From assembly GCA_965214405.1 (NCBI GenBank), contig OZ243956.1, positions 1,632,001-1,696,000 on the forward strand: a DNA stretch of 64,000 bases, written 5' to 3'. The position numbers and the translations under genes were made by a program. The stretch is from Trueperaceae bacterium. GTDB taxonomy: Bacteria; Deinococcota; Deinococci; Deinococcales; Trueperaceae. The notes under the pieces are model-generated. The model did not search any database. It was not told where the DNA came from and saw only the letters and a program-made list of their open reading frames with translations. This document shows, piece after piece, positions 9,706-19,149 of this stretch. Positions within the stretch are counted from its first letter, which is position 1; each line of letters starts with the position of its first letter.

Positions 9706-9979
9706 AGGGGCAATCTAACCCGAACGCCCCGCGCCCCGAGTGAGGTTTTTCAGATATGGCGTTTTTAGGTTTGGTTGACGTGACTGGTTTAGTCAAGCCT
9801 GTTCTCGAGAGACTGGAAAAAGGAGCAAATAAGGTAGAAGGAGGTTGCGAGACGCTGGTCTTGCTGCTTCTATAACGAAGATTACGAGGTTGGGTGCGTC
9901 CACAAACAGCAGAGATCAACACAGCCTAAACTTGTGACGGTTGCGAGACTTTTTGCTGTTCATACCCTTACGCCTACCC

Positions 9980-10549
9980 TTATGGCAGCCCTTGCACCTC
10001 GGCTCGAGTCTCGGCGAACGCCTCCTCGAGCGCGCTAATCTCGATCAAGGCGTCGTCTAAGTCTCGCTCGAGCCTGGGGTCGGCCTCGAGCCGCGAGGCG
10101 TCGGTCAGCACCGCATAGACCTTGCCGCGCAAGGTTTTGAGCGTGGCGACAAAACTCTGTAGCTCACTCTCGACCTCTTCCGCCGCCCGCTTGGTATTGG
10201 CGTACTGGGGGTCGGCGGGCTCGAGCTTGAGCAGGTAGCCTGCGAGCGCGGTGCCGTGGCGGGCGCGGGGCAACGCCCGCGTGACCAGGGTGCGCACCCG
10301 GTCGGCGACCTCGTTGAGTTCACGCGACAGGGCCTTGGGCGCGCCCGCCGCTTGGGCGGCTACGTCGTTGTAAACGGCCAGCGCCTCGCCCATGAGACTG
10401 CGGTAGGGCTGGGCGAGCGCGCTCAGCATGGGCGGCGTGACGGGCGCGCTCGCCTTGGAGCGGCTCGAGCGCACCCCCGAGACGATGCCCCAGACGCCCA
10501 GACCCAGCACGAGGAGCAAAAGTAGGGCGAGTTCTACGCTCAGGGCCAT
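9980..10549 (-). CDS. Hypothetical membrane-anchored helical protein (downstream of pspA)
   Basis: N-terminal TM helix, coiled-coil-like body, host-like codon use. Confidence 0.7.
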   Translation of the reverse strand: MALSVELALLLLLVLGLGVWGIVSGVRSSRSKASAPVTPPMLSALAQPYRSLMGEALAVYNDVAAQAAGAPKALSRELNEVADRVRTLVTRALPRARHGTALAGYLLKLEPADPQYANTKRAAEEVESELQSFVATLKTLRGKVYAVLTDASRLEADPRLERDLDDALIEISALEEAFAETRAEVQGLP

Positions 10550-10567
10550 GAAGGTGGGAAACCGCGA

Positions 10568-11239
10568 CTAGGCATTCGCGTCCGAAAGCTTGGCTTTGAG
10601 ACCGGCGAGTTCCTCCTCAACGTCCGCGTCTAGGCTCAGCTCGGCGAACTCGTCGTCTAGAGTCCGCGAGGCCTCGAGTTCCTCCTCGGCGCTCAGCCGG
10701 TCCTCCATCGAGACGATCTTGCCTTCCATCCGGTCGAACGCCTCAAAGGCGGCGCGCGTGTCCGTTTTGGACAGGGCCGAACTCACCGACTCCTGCGCCT
10801 CCACGCGCCGCTGCCGCGCAATCAGCAGTTGCCGCTTGCGCTCGGCCTCGTCTATCTTGGCGTCGAGCGCGCGGAGCTGCGTCTTGAGCCGCTCGACCAT
10901 CGCCTGGTGCGCGTCGAGCTGCTCTTTCAAACCTCCGGCCAAGTCCTGCGAGGTGTTTTTGCGCTTCAAAGCCTCGCGCGCCAGGTCCTCACGGTCCGAC
11001 TGAAGCGCCTGCTCAGCTTTCTCGAGCCAGTTTCCCGCTTCTTTTTGGTTGGTTTGAAAGTCGCGCTCGAGCTTCTTGCCCTCGGCGATGGCGCGCGTGA
11101 CCTCCATGCGCGCCTCGTACTGCGCCTCGCGCATGTCCATCAGGGTCTGGTTGATGATTTTCTCGGGGTCCTCCGCGCGGGTCAGCATATCGTTCAAGTT
11201 CGCGCGGATAATTGTGCTCATGCGTTCCAAAATACCCAT
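10568..11239 (-). CDS. pspA: PspA/IM30 family protein
   Basis: MGILER...ANLN....AEDPEK, EDLAREAL, AFDRME.KI. Confidence 0.9.
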   Translation of the reverse strand: MGILERMSTIIRANLNDMLTRAEDPEKIINQTLMDMREAQYEARMEVTRAIAEGKKLERDFQTNQKEAGNWLEKAEQALQSDREDLAREALKRKNTSQDLAGGLKEQLDAHQAMVERLKTQLRALDAKIDEAERKRQLLIARQRRVEAQESVSSALSKTDTRAAFEAFDRMEGKIVSMEDRLSAEEELEASRTLDDEFAELSLDADVEEELAGLKAKLSDANA

Positions 11240-11379
11240 GTGTCCTCCTTTTGCCCCCGCTTTAGCAACTTGTGTGTCTAGCTTACACCCTCAGGTAACA
11301 TCCCGTAAGCTCCGTCCTGGAGGGTCAATATCTGTTGACTCTGTTTCTGTTGACTTCAGTTCAGACCAGATGCTACTCG

Positions 11380-12321
11380 CTACACCGCCCCCACCGCCCG
11401 GCTCACCTCACTATAAACGGAAGAGTCCTCGGGCGAAAGGCCGTGGAGCATCGCCACATAAGCCGCGACGTGGAGGCTGATGTACCAGAGCACCAGCGCT
11501 CGAGCGCCGGGGTCCGCGACGGCCTCGCCTATCCCGTCATCCGTCCCGCCACCCACACCGCCAAAGGGCAGCGACAGGCGCTCGACCTGCGCCACCCGCG
11601 TGTCCAAAATCTCGCTTGCGAGCCGCGTCTCCTCATCTTGGGGTCCGGCGATGAGCGCCACCACGTCGTCGCCCAGCATGTGCCGCCCCTCGAACGCGCC
11701 CGCGAGCATCCCCAGCGGGTGTTCGCCCGCGGTGAGCGCTAAAAGTTTGCCGACGCGGGCGAACACGTATTGCAGGAGTCCGGGCAGGCCGCTGTCGGCT
11801 CGAGCCGCCACAATCAGCGGCACCCGGTTCCAGAGCGTCCAGGCGAGGGCCTTGGCCGGATTCTCGTTCGTGTGAACCCTAGGGCCGAGCTTGTCGCGGA
11901 GGCTCAGCATCACCTTTTCGGCCTCTCCCAGCGCGTCACCGTGGCCCGTCGCGTGGGCGAGGTAACTCGCGTAGGTGTAGGGGCTCAGCACGCCCTGCTC
12001 CACGTGGAGGTCGGGCTTGTACGCGGCGTAACCCAGCACCACCACCTCCGCCTGAGTCATCTCGGCGTTGAGTTTGAGCGTGCCCAGTTCGCCGTAGTCA
12101 AAGCCCGACGCCAGCATAAACTGCGTGCCCGACACCACCAGAGGCGCGTCCACCCAGCTTTGCAACGCGCGGCTTAGGGGGGCCGTCTCACCAAACCCTG
12201 TCAAGCCGTAGGGTTCGGTGCGGCGTCCGTCGGGGCCGTCATAGGAGCCCGGTAAGGCCCACAGGCGCGCCAAAAAACCACTCTCATCCGCCGCGCTCAA
12301 TTTGTCAAAGTCGTCTAACAT
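11380..12321 (-). CDS. SIS-domain / bifunctional phosphoglucose-phosphomannose isomerase-like protein
   Basis: NPAKALAW.L..RVPLI segment typical of the PGI/PMI C-terminal region; divergent. Confidence 0.55.
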   Translation of the reverse strand: MLDDFDKLSAADESGFLARLWALPGSYDGPDGRRTEPYGLTGFGETAPLSRALQSWVDAPLVVSGTQFMLASGFDYGELGTLKLNAEMTQAEVVVLGYAAYKPDLHVEQGVLSPYTYASYLAHATGHGDALGEAEKVMLSLRDKLGPRVHTNENPAKALAWTLWNRVPLIVAARADSGLPGLLQYVFARVGKLLALTAGEHPLGMLAGAFEGRHMLGDDVVALIAGPQDEETRLASEILDTRVAQVERLSLPFGGVGGGTDDGIGEAVADPGARALVLWYISLHVAAYVAMLHGLSPEDSSVYSEVSRAVGAV

Positions 12322-12390
12322 AACCCGCAGTGTACGCCCGATTCTGTCCCTCATTTAGTAGCAACCAACGTTGTTATTTCATCTCCGCGG

Positions 12391-13620
12391 CTATTTCGTG
12401 AGGCCACGCCCAAGGTCACGCCGGTACTGCGCACCGGGAAAACCAATCTTCGCCACTCCGCCATACGCTTTATCCAGCGCCGCCCGGAGCCCCGCGCCCA
12501 CCGCCGTCACGCCCAGCACGCGCCCACCCGAACTCACCAGCCGCCCGTCCTGCCAGCTCGTCCCCGCGTGAAAAGCCGTCACGTTGTCTGATTCTGGGAT
12601 GTCCAACGGCACACCCTTTTCGTACGCGCCGGGGTAGCCGGGGGCGGCCATGACCACACAGGCGGCGCTCTCTTGTGACCACCGTAGCGTCATCTCGTGA
12701 AGCCGTCCGTCCAGAAGCGCCTCAAAAACATCCAATAAATCATTCTCCAGAAGCGGCAGCACCACCTGCGTCTCGGGGTCGCCCAGGCGGACGTTGTACT
12801 CGAGCACCCTCACCCCCGCCGCCGTGACCATGAGGCCGATGAAAAGAACTCCTTTGTAAAATAGTCCCTCCGCCTCCAATCCGCGCAAGGTCGGCGCGAC
12901 AACCTCGTCCATCACCTCCGCCCACTGCGCCTCGTTAAAGGGTACCGGAGCCACCGTGCCCATGCCGCCCGTCATGGGGCCGGTATCACCCTCTAAAAGC
13001 CTCTTGTGGTCTTGCGCGAGGAGCATCGGTTTAGCGGTCGCACCGTCTAAAAGGAGTATCAGACTCAGTTCCCGACCTTCTAAAAAATCCTCGATGACGA
13101 GTTCGCCGCCCCGTGTTAGAACGCCCCGCACCGCCTCCTGCGCCTCTTGACGCGCCCGCGCCACCGTTACACCCTTGCCCGCCGCTAAGTTTGAATCTTT
13201 GACAACGATGGGCAGGGAGGCGTGCTCGAGATACGTAAGCGCCACCTCAAGCTCCGTAAACGCCTCGTAAGCCGCCGTGGGCACGCCGTGCCGGGTCATA
13301 AAGGCTTTGGCAAAGCGTTTGGAGCCCTCGAGCCGCGCCGCCTCCCTTCCGGGTCCAACGATGCGCAAACCCGCCGCCTCGAACAGGTCCACCACCCCCG
13401 CGACGAGGGGCGCTTCGGGGCCGACGACTGTTAAATCCACCCCCTCGGCTTCGGCAAGCGCCAGCAGCGCCTCCGGCGTGCTTACCTCCACACAACGCGC
13501 CAAGGGCGAGATACCCGCGTTGCCCGGTGCCGCCAGAATCTCACGCACGCGGGGCGATCGGGCGAGTTTCCAGGCGAGCGCGTGCTCCCGGCCCCCGCCG
13601 CCGACGATGAGCACTTTCAT
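12391..13620 (-). CDS. purD: Phosphoribosylamine-glycine ligase
   Basis: GGGGREHALAW, LAAGKGV, QDHKR, TGGMG, EYNVRLGDPE. Confidence 0.97.
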   Translation of the reverse strand: MKVLIVGGGGREHALAWKLARSPRVREILAAPGNAGISPLARCVEVSTPEALLALAEAEGVDLTVVGPEAPLVAGVVDLFEAAGLRIVGPGREAARLEGSKRFAKAFMTRHGVPTAAYEAFTELEVALTYLEHASLPIVVKDSNLAAGKGVTVARARQEAQEAVRGVLTRGGELVIEDFLEGRELSLILLLDGATAKPMLLAQDHKRLLEGDTGPMTGGMGTVAPVPFNEAQWAEVMDEVVAPTLRGLEAEGLFYKGVLFIGLMVTAAGVRVLEYNVRLGDPETQVVLPLLENDLLDVFEALLDGRLHEMTLRWSQESAACVVMAAPGYPGAYEKGVPLDIPESDNVTAFHAGTSWQDGRLVSSGGRVLGVTAVGAGLRAALDKAYGGVAKIGFPGAQYRRDLGRGLTK

Positions 13621-14222
13621 AAGCGCGTCTCAGGCTGCGGCATACCCGAAAGCACCCGCCGCACCGCCTCGGGATAAGCCTGGTGCTCCTCGGTGAGAAT
13701 GCGCGCCCCCAACGCCTCCACGGTGTCGCCTTCATAAACAGGCACGCGCCGCTGCACGATGACGGAACCCGTGTCCACGCCCGCGTCGACAAAATGGACG
13801 GTGCAACCGGACTCGCTCACGCCCGCCTCGAGCGCCCGCTCCACTGCCCGCAGCCCCGGAAAGGCGGGCAGCAGCGAGGGATGAATGTTGAGGATGCGCC
13901 CTTCGTAGCGCGCGACGAACACGGGCGAGAGCACGCGCATAAAACCCGCTAAGCAGATGAGGTCGATGTTGGAGGACCCCAACGCCCTCACCGCCTCCCG
14001 CTCGAACCCTTCTCGGTCACGTCCAAAAGGGATGTGAACCGCCTCCACGCCCGCCGTTCGCGCCCGCTCGAGCGCCCCCGCCTCCGCGCGGTTGCTGACG
14101 ACCAAACAAACCGACGCCAGGGAATGTTCGGGGGGGAAAGCCTCTAAGAGGGCCGCAAGGTTCGAGCCGCGCCCCGAGGCGAACACGGCCAGACGCGCGG
14201 GACGGGCGAGGGGAAAAGTCAC
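13617..14222 (-). CDS. purN: Phosphoribosylglycinamide formyltransferase
   Basis: SGRGSNL, LAGFMR, NIHPSLLP, GCTVHFV..GVDTG; start uncertain. Confidence 0.95.
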   Translation of the reverse strand: MTFPLARPARLAVFASGRGSNLAALLEAFPPEHSLASVCLVVSNRAEAGALERARTAGVEAVHIPFGRDREGFEREAVRALGSSNIDLICLAGFMRVLSPVFVARYEGRILNIHPSLLPAFPGLRAVERALEAGVSESGCTVHFVDAGVDTGSVIVQRRVPVYEGDTVEALGARILTEEHQAYPEAVRRVLSGMPQPETRL

Positions 14223-14276
14223 GTTTGATTCTATCTTAGATTTTTGCTCTAGCCGAGAAGCGTTGGGCAAACGCGA

Positions 14277-14906
14277 CTAAATCAAACCCCAAATTTTTAG
14301 CACGCTCAAAAGGGGCGGCAGAGGCTCCTGCCACAACCAAGCGACCTCGAGCCTCAACCCCTCCAGCACCACACTCTTAAACACACCCTCGTCAAGTAAC
14401 GCGGCGCGAAATATACCGTCATCGCCCAGTACGTAGAACTCGGCCTGCTTACGCACGGGGTCAATCAGCCAGTACTCGCGCACGCCGCCGCCCTCATATT
14501 CGTAAAACTTGGCGCCACGGTCGCGGACGCGGCTTTCGGGGGAGATGATTTCTACCGCTAGATCGGCGGGGCCGTCTAAGCGGTTTTCTTTGAGGCGCTC
14601 GAGATGCTCCTTAGCAATAAAAAGAACGTCCGGCTCGCGTCCCGGCAGGTCCGGGCCTGTTTTCATCTGGAAGGGCGCGGGGATAATCACACCCGAGTCG
14701 TGAGTCTCAGCAAAAACTTGTAAAAGAGCGGCCAGGAACCTCACCAACAATTGATGTCTGCTGGACGGCGGACTCATGTAAACTACCTCACCGTCTACCC
14801 ACTCGGCCCACGCAGCTTCGTCGGACTCGAGAAACGCCTCATATGTCATCCGGCGCAGCGCGGGGGAAAGCGTCACGGCGTTGAGCTTTTTTTCCTCCAG
14901 CTTCAT
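14277..14906 (-). CDS. Uma2 family endonuclease
   Basis: EWVDG...P...HQ, EPDV, PADLAVEIISP, K..YE..GVREYWLIDP. Confidence 0.9.
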   Translation of the reverse strand: MKLEEKKLNAVTLSPALRRMTYEAFLESDEAAWAEWVDGEVVYMSPPSSRHQLLVRFLAALLQVFAETHDSGVIIPAPFQMKTGPDLPGREPDVLFIAKEHLERLKENRLDGPADLAVEIISPESRVRDRGAKFYEYEGGGVREYWLIDPVRKQAEFYVLGDDGIFRAALLDEGVFKSVVLEGLRLEVAWLWQEPLPPLLSVLKIWGLI

Positions 14907-14956
14907 ACCGACTCCCACCAATCAGTTCCCACCAATCAATTTCCACCAAGCGGCGA

Positions 14957-15745
14957 CTATTCCTCTAAAAACATCCCCACTGCGTGAAAACCCGCGTCTA
15001 CGTAAATCGTCTCCCCGGTGATACCGCTGCCGAGTTCGTCCGCGACGAGCGTCAGGGCAAGGCCCGCCACCTCTTCTTGAGTGATGTTGCGCTTGAGCAT
15101 CGACAGCGCGCCGCCGCGGCTATACATCTCGCTAAAGCCGGAAATGCTCCGCGCGGCAATCGTCCTTAAGGGTCCCGCGCTAATCGCGTTCACGCGCACG
15201 CCCTGGGGTCCTAAGTCGTAGGCGAGAAAACGCACGCTGGCCTCCAAGGCCGCCTTGGCGACGCCCATCATGTTGTAGTGGGGCACGACGCGCTCTGCCG
15301 CGAGATACGACAGCGTGAGGATGGAGCCGCCGTTCGTCATAAGCGGCTGCGCCCGTTGCGCTACCGCCACGAGCGAATAGGCGGACACGTCCATCGCGGT
15401 GCGCCAGTCCTCGCGCGAGACCCTGTAAAAAGGATTCTCAAAGGTCGCGGGGGGCGCAAAAGCCAGCGCGTGAACGACGAAGTCGAGCGTCCCGAACTGC
15501 GCCTTAACTTCCTCAAAAAGCGCGTCCAGCTCCTCGTCGTTGGTTACGTCGCAGGGGAAGAGCACGGGCTCGCTGAGGTCTTTGGTAAGCTTCTCGAGCG
15601 TACTCTCAAGCCGCTCCCCCTGATAGGAAAACGCCAGCCGCGCCCCCGCCTGCGCGACAGGCCCCGCGATGGCCCAGGCTATCGAGCGCGCGTTGGACAC
15701 GCCTAAGATGAGACCCTTTTTGCCTTCGAGGTTGATGCTGTACAT
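14957..15745 (-). CDS. fabI: Enoyl-ACP reductase
   Basis: GVSNARSIAWAIA, YNMMGVAKAALE, RVNAISAGP. Confidence 0.95.
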   Translation of the reverse strand: MYSINLEGKKGLILGVSNARSIAWAIAGPVAQAGARLAFSYQGERLESTLEKLTKDLSEPVLFPCDVTNDEELDALFEEVKAQFGTLDFVVHALAFAPPATFENPFYRVSREDWRTAMDVSAYSLVAVAQRAQPLMTNGGSILTLSYLAAERVVPHYNMMGVAKAALEASVRFLAYDLGPQGVRVNAISAGPLRTIAARSISGFSEMYSRGGALSMLKRNITQEEVAGLALTLVADELGSGITGETIYVDAGFHAVGMFLEE

Positions 15746-16110
15746 AAGTAGTCCCCTTTGCGGCTCGAGCATAACACCTCACCGGGGACAAAAGAAGCGT
15801 GAGCAAGCGTGGGCAAAGGAGGTGGGGCGGTGGGGAGAAACATTTAGCAGGTATCATCTGGTTTGAGACACACTCACCTTCCAAAGTGCCTTCTGTCACA
15901 CATTTACGGTGATGATATCTGCGCTCGTTTGTCTCAATATGTGGAACTGCTAATCCAGAGCCTTTATTCCCTATCTTTCCTACCTCTTCATCTCTCGCCT
16001 CTCCCTCACCTCAAACCGTACCCTACAACCGTGGCCTATTTCACACCCAAACCCAGACGTGCCCTTCTTCGCACCGCTGTGACCTATGAGTGACGTTAGT
16101 ATAAGAACGT

Positions 16111-16599
16111 ATGCGACTCCTTCTCCTCTACGCGCTGCTGCTCGCGCTTCAGGGCTTTTTGGGGGGGCTCATGGCCCCCTTGAGCACGCCGGACTTGTTT
16201 TTGCTGGGCGTGCTCACGCTGCTGTGGCGCGTGAGCGCGCCGCAACTCGTGGTGCTGGGCTACGGGGTTGGGCTGTTACAAGACCTTCTCGGCTACGGGG
16301 CGCTCGGGGTTCACGCGCTGGGGCTTGCGGGCGGGGTGCTTTTGGCGACGCTGGTACGTTCGCAGGTGAGCCAGGCGGGGGTGTGGGAGCGCCTGTTCGT
16401 GCTCGTCGCGGCGCTCCTCGGCAAGTGGCTCGTGTTGACGGCGCTCCTCTTTTGGATGGGCGGCGCGGCGCCTTTTGAGGAGGTTTTGCGGGTTGCACCC
16501 TTAGAAGCGGCCTTCACCATTCTTTTGGGCCTATGGCTCTTGCCCTTTGCGGACCTCCTGAGAACGCGCGGGACGAACTTGCGTAGGGAATTCCGGTGA
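16111..16599 (+). CDS. mreD: Rod shape-determining protein MreD
   Basis: Hydrophobic 162 aa, PDL...GLLQD motif, directly upstream of PBP2. Confidence 0.75.
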   Translation: MRLLLLYALLLALQGFLGGLMAPLSTPDLFLLGVLTLLWRVSAPQLVVLGYGVGLLQDLLGYGALGVHALGLAGGVLLATLVRSQVSQAGVWERLFVLVAALLGKWLVLTALLFWMGGAAPFEEVLRVAPLEAAFTILLGLWLLPFADLLRTRGTNLRREFR

Positions 16600-18383
16600 A
16601 AATTCGGCTGCGGCTGCTTTTGGGGACGCTTTTGGCCTTGCTGGCGGTCTTTACGGGCCGCCTCGCCGTGTTGCAGTTTGCCCAGGTCGAGCTGTACCGA
16701 ACGTTAAGCGAGGAGAACGTGCTCGAGCCCCGCCACCTTACCCCGCCGCGGGGCCGCATCTTGGCTCGAGACGGCACCGTCTTGGCGGACAACCGCGTCG
16801 CCGTGGACCTGATGTATTGGGGTGGCGAGGTGGCGAACTGGGGCCGCCTCTCTTATATGTTGGGTCTCAGCGGGCCGCCGCGCGCGCCCGACCCCAACAA
16901 CGTCGACGAGTCTCGGAACGGCGCGGTGGCCGCCTGGAGCATCCCCGACGCGCTCCTGCCCGCCGTCGAGGAGCTTGTGGCGGGGCAGCCCAACTTATCG
17001 CTGCGTTCCCGCGTCGAACGCACCTACCCCACGGGCTTGGCCGCGCACGTCGTGGGCTACACGACCGAGGCCGACCCGGAGCGCTTTCCGGGCTACCAAC
17101 TGGGCGATCTGGTGGGACAAATGGGCATCGAGGCCGCCGACCAGGAGGCGCTTTTCGGCACACCCGGTATTGAATTAGCTCAAGTCGACAACCGCCACCG
17201 CACCATAAGCACCCGCGAAATGCTAGCACCGCAAGCGGGCGAGGACATCGTGCTGACCATCGACCCGCAGGCGCAGGCGACGGCGGAGCGCGTGCTGAGC
17301 GGGGCGCTCCTTTACGTCAACGACTATCGCAAATCCAAGGGCCTCCCCGAGGAGACGACGCTGCGGGGTGGGCTCATCGCGATGGACCCGCGCACGGGCG
17401 AGATTCTGGCGCTGGCGAGCGCGCCGTCATTCGACCCCAACGTGTTTACAGAGCGCCCGAGTTCGCCGAGCGAGATTAGCGCGCTTTTTAATGATTCCAA
17501 CTTTCCGCTCTACAACCGCGCGGTGAGCGCCTTTCCGCCCGCTTCGACCTTTAAGCTCATCTCGAGTTCAGCCTTGCTCGAGGGCGGGTTTATCACCCCC
17601 GAGACGCGCTACGAGTGTTCGGGCGGCTTTTCCTTTGGCGGGCGCGTCTGGCATAACTGGACCGAACTCTACCGAGGCAACTACACCATCAGAGAGGCCA
17701 TCGCTGACTCGTGTAACACCTTTTATTGGCGCGCCACCGCGGCCACGCCGAACCTCAGGGAGGGCTGGGGCGACTTCGCCAAGAGTTTGTCGGCGCGGGC
17801 GCTCGAGCTTGGCTACGGCGCGCCGCTGGGGGTCGGCTTGAACGAAGAGCAGGCGGGCCGCGTGCCCGACGACGCCTGGGTGCGCGAGACGTTCGGGCAC
17901 CCCTGGTATCCCGGCTTCTCGCTCAACATGGCCATTGGTCAAGGAGATGTGCTCGCCACGCCCGTGCAGGTCTCGAGCCTCGCCGAGACGATTGCGATGA
18001 AAGGGCGGCAGGCGCAGCCTCACCTGGTCAAAAAAGTCGGCGACACGCCCGCCGTCACGCCCGTCCGGGAGGTGCCGGGGGAGTTTTGGGATACGATTGA
18101 AAGCGCTATGAGACTTATGATTACAGACTACGGCGGGCGGCACACCCTGGCCCCCAACCGCTTCCCGATTCCCGTGGCGGGCAAAACGGGCACCGCCCAA
18201 AATCCGAACGGCGTCGACCACGCCTGGTTCACGGGCTACGGCCCCGTGGGCGACCCCAACTTGGTCGTCACGGTGTTTATCCAGCACGGCGGCGGCAGCA
18301 CGGCGGTCGCCACCCCCATCGCCCGCGACTTTATGGCGGCCTATTGGGGCGTGGACACGCAGGCCGAAGCGCCAACCCCGTGA
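16596..18383 (+). CDS. mrdA: Penicillin-binding protein 2
   Basis: PPRGRILARDG, STFK, SCN, KTGTAQ motifs. Confidence 0.9.
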   Translation: MKIRLRLLLGTLLALLAVFTGRLAVLQFAQVELYRTLSEENVLEPRHLTPPRGRILARDGTVLADNRVAVDLMYWGGEVANWGRLSYMLGLSGPPRAPDPNNVDESRNGAVAAWSIPDALLPAVEELVAGQPNLSLRSRVERTYPTGLAAHVVGYTTEADPERFPGYQLGDLVGQMGIEAADQEALFGTPGIELAQVDNRHRTISTREMLAPQAGEDIVLTIDPQAQATAERVLSGALLYVNDYRKSKGLPEETTLRGGLIAMDPRTGEILALASAPSFDPNVFTERPSSPSEISALFNDSNFPLYNRAVSAFPPASTFKLISSSALLEGGFITPETRYECSGGFSFGGRVWHNWTELYRGNYTIREAIADSCNTFYWRATAATPNLREGWGDFAKSLSARALELGYGAPLGVGLNEEQAGRVPDDAWVRETFGHPWYPGFSLNMAIGQGDVLATPVQVSSLAETIAMKGRQAQPHLVKKVGDTPAVTPVREVPGEFWDTIESAMRLMITDYGGRHTLAPNRFPIPVAGKTGTAQNPNGVDHAWFTGYGPVGDPNLVVTVFIQHGGGSTAVATPIARDFMAAYWGVDTQAEAPTP

Positions 18384-18979
18384 GGGCGCGCGGCACGCGG
18401 GGCGGCGTCGTGCTGAGCTTGGACCCCACCGATACTGCAAGTTCGGTTGACAAGGGCGTGACGGACTACGCGGACCTGCTCAAGGGGCGGGTGTTTTTGG
18501 AGGTTCAAGGACACGTTCCTTGGGAGACGATTCAAGCGGCGAACGAGGGGGTCAAGCGGGTTGGCGGCGCGGTCGCCGACGTGCGCCCACCTAGCCCAGC
18601 GACGACCAAAACGCCCCACCCCCCTCTTCAAGCATCCCAAGCCGAACCAAAAGGAGAAACCGTCATCGTGCCGCGGACCGTCCGGGGCGGTGGCAGGATA
18701 GAGTCGTCGGCTTCAGTCGTCATCATCGGCGACGTGAACGCGGGGGCCGAGGTTGTTGCTGAGGACGACATCATCGTATTGGGCACCTTACGCGGTCTCG
18801 CGCACGCGGGCTCGAGCGGCAACGACAAGGCATTTATCTGGGCGCAGCACATCCTCTCGCCGCAACTCCGCATCGGCAACGCACTCGCTCAAGCGGGCGA
18901 CGGCGCGCCGAGCGCCAACGGCCCCGAGATGGCGCAGCTTGTCAACGGGCAGATTGTGTTGAGACCCTGGGAGCATTAG
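18380..18979 (+). CDS. minC: Septum site-determining protein MinC
   Basis: TVRGG...VVIIGDVNAGAEVVA...GTLRGLAHAG...QLRIG; GTG overlaps the mrdA stop. Confidence 0.88.
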   Translation: MRARGTRGGVVLSLDPTDTASSVDKGVTDYADLLKGRVFLEVQGHVPWETIQAANEGVKRVGGAVADVRPPSPATTKTPHPPLQASQAEPKGETVIVPRTVRGGGRIESSASVVIIGDVNAGAEVVAEDDIIVLGTLRGLAHAGSSGNDKAFIWAQHILSPQLRIGNALAQAGDGAPSANGPEMAQLVNGQIVLRPWEH

Positions 18980-19021
18980 ACGTTTCAGTCAGCACTAAAG
19001 GATAGTGCGCCACGGGTAACG

Positions 19022-19045
19022 AACAAGGGGTTGCAACCCCTTGTT
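19022..19045. repeat. Perfect 24-bp palindrome (REP-like, terminator or operator)
   Basis: aacaaggggttg|caaccccttgtt between minC and the acyl-CoA ligase. Confidence 0.7.
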
Positions 19046-19149
19046 GCATCTCTTGTCATTTAGCTCTCCCCTCCCTCACACAAACAAAAACCTTTGACGG
19101 AGTACAATAGAGCATCTCAAGCCGTGCAGGTCTAAAAAGCCTGGAAAGG

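Noticed and set aside
15780..16110. Purine-rich/pyrimidine-rich tracts and ORFs between fabI and mreD (similar tract at 58030-58098)
   Set aside because: Only loose low-complexity symmetry; no defined element or coding signal can be supported.
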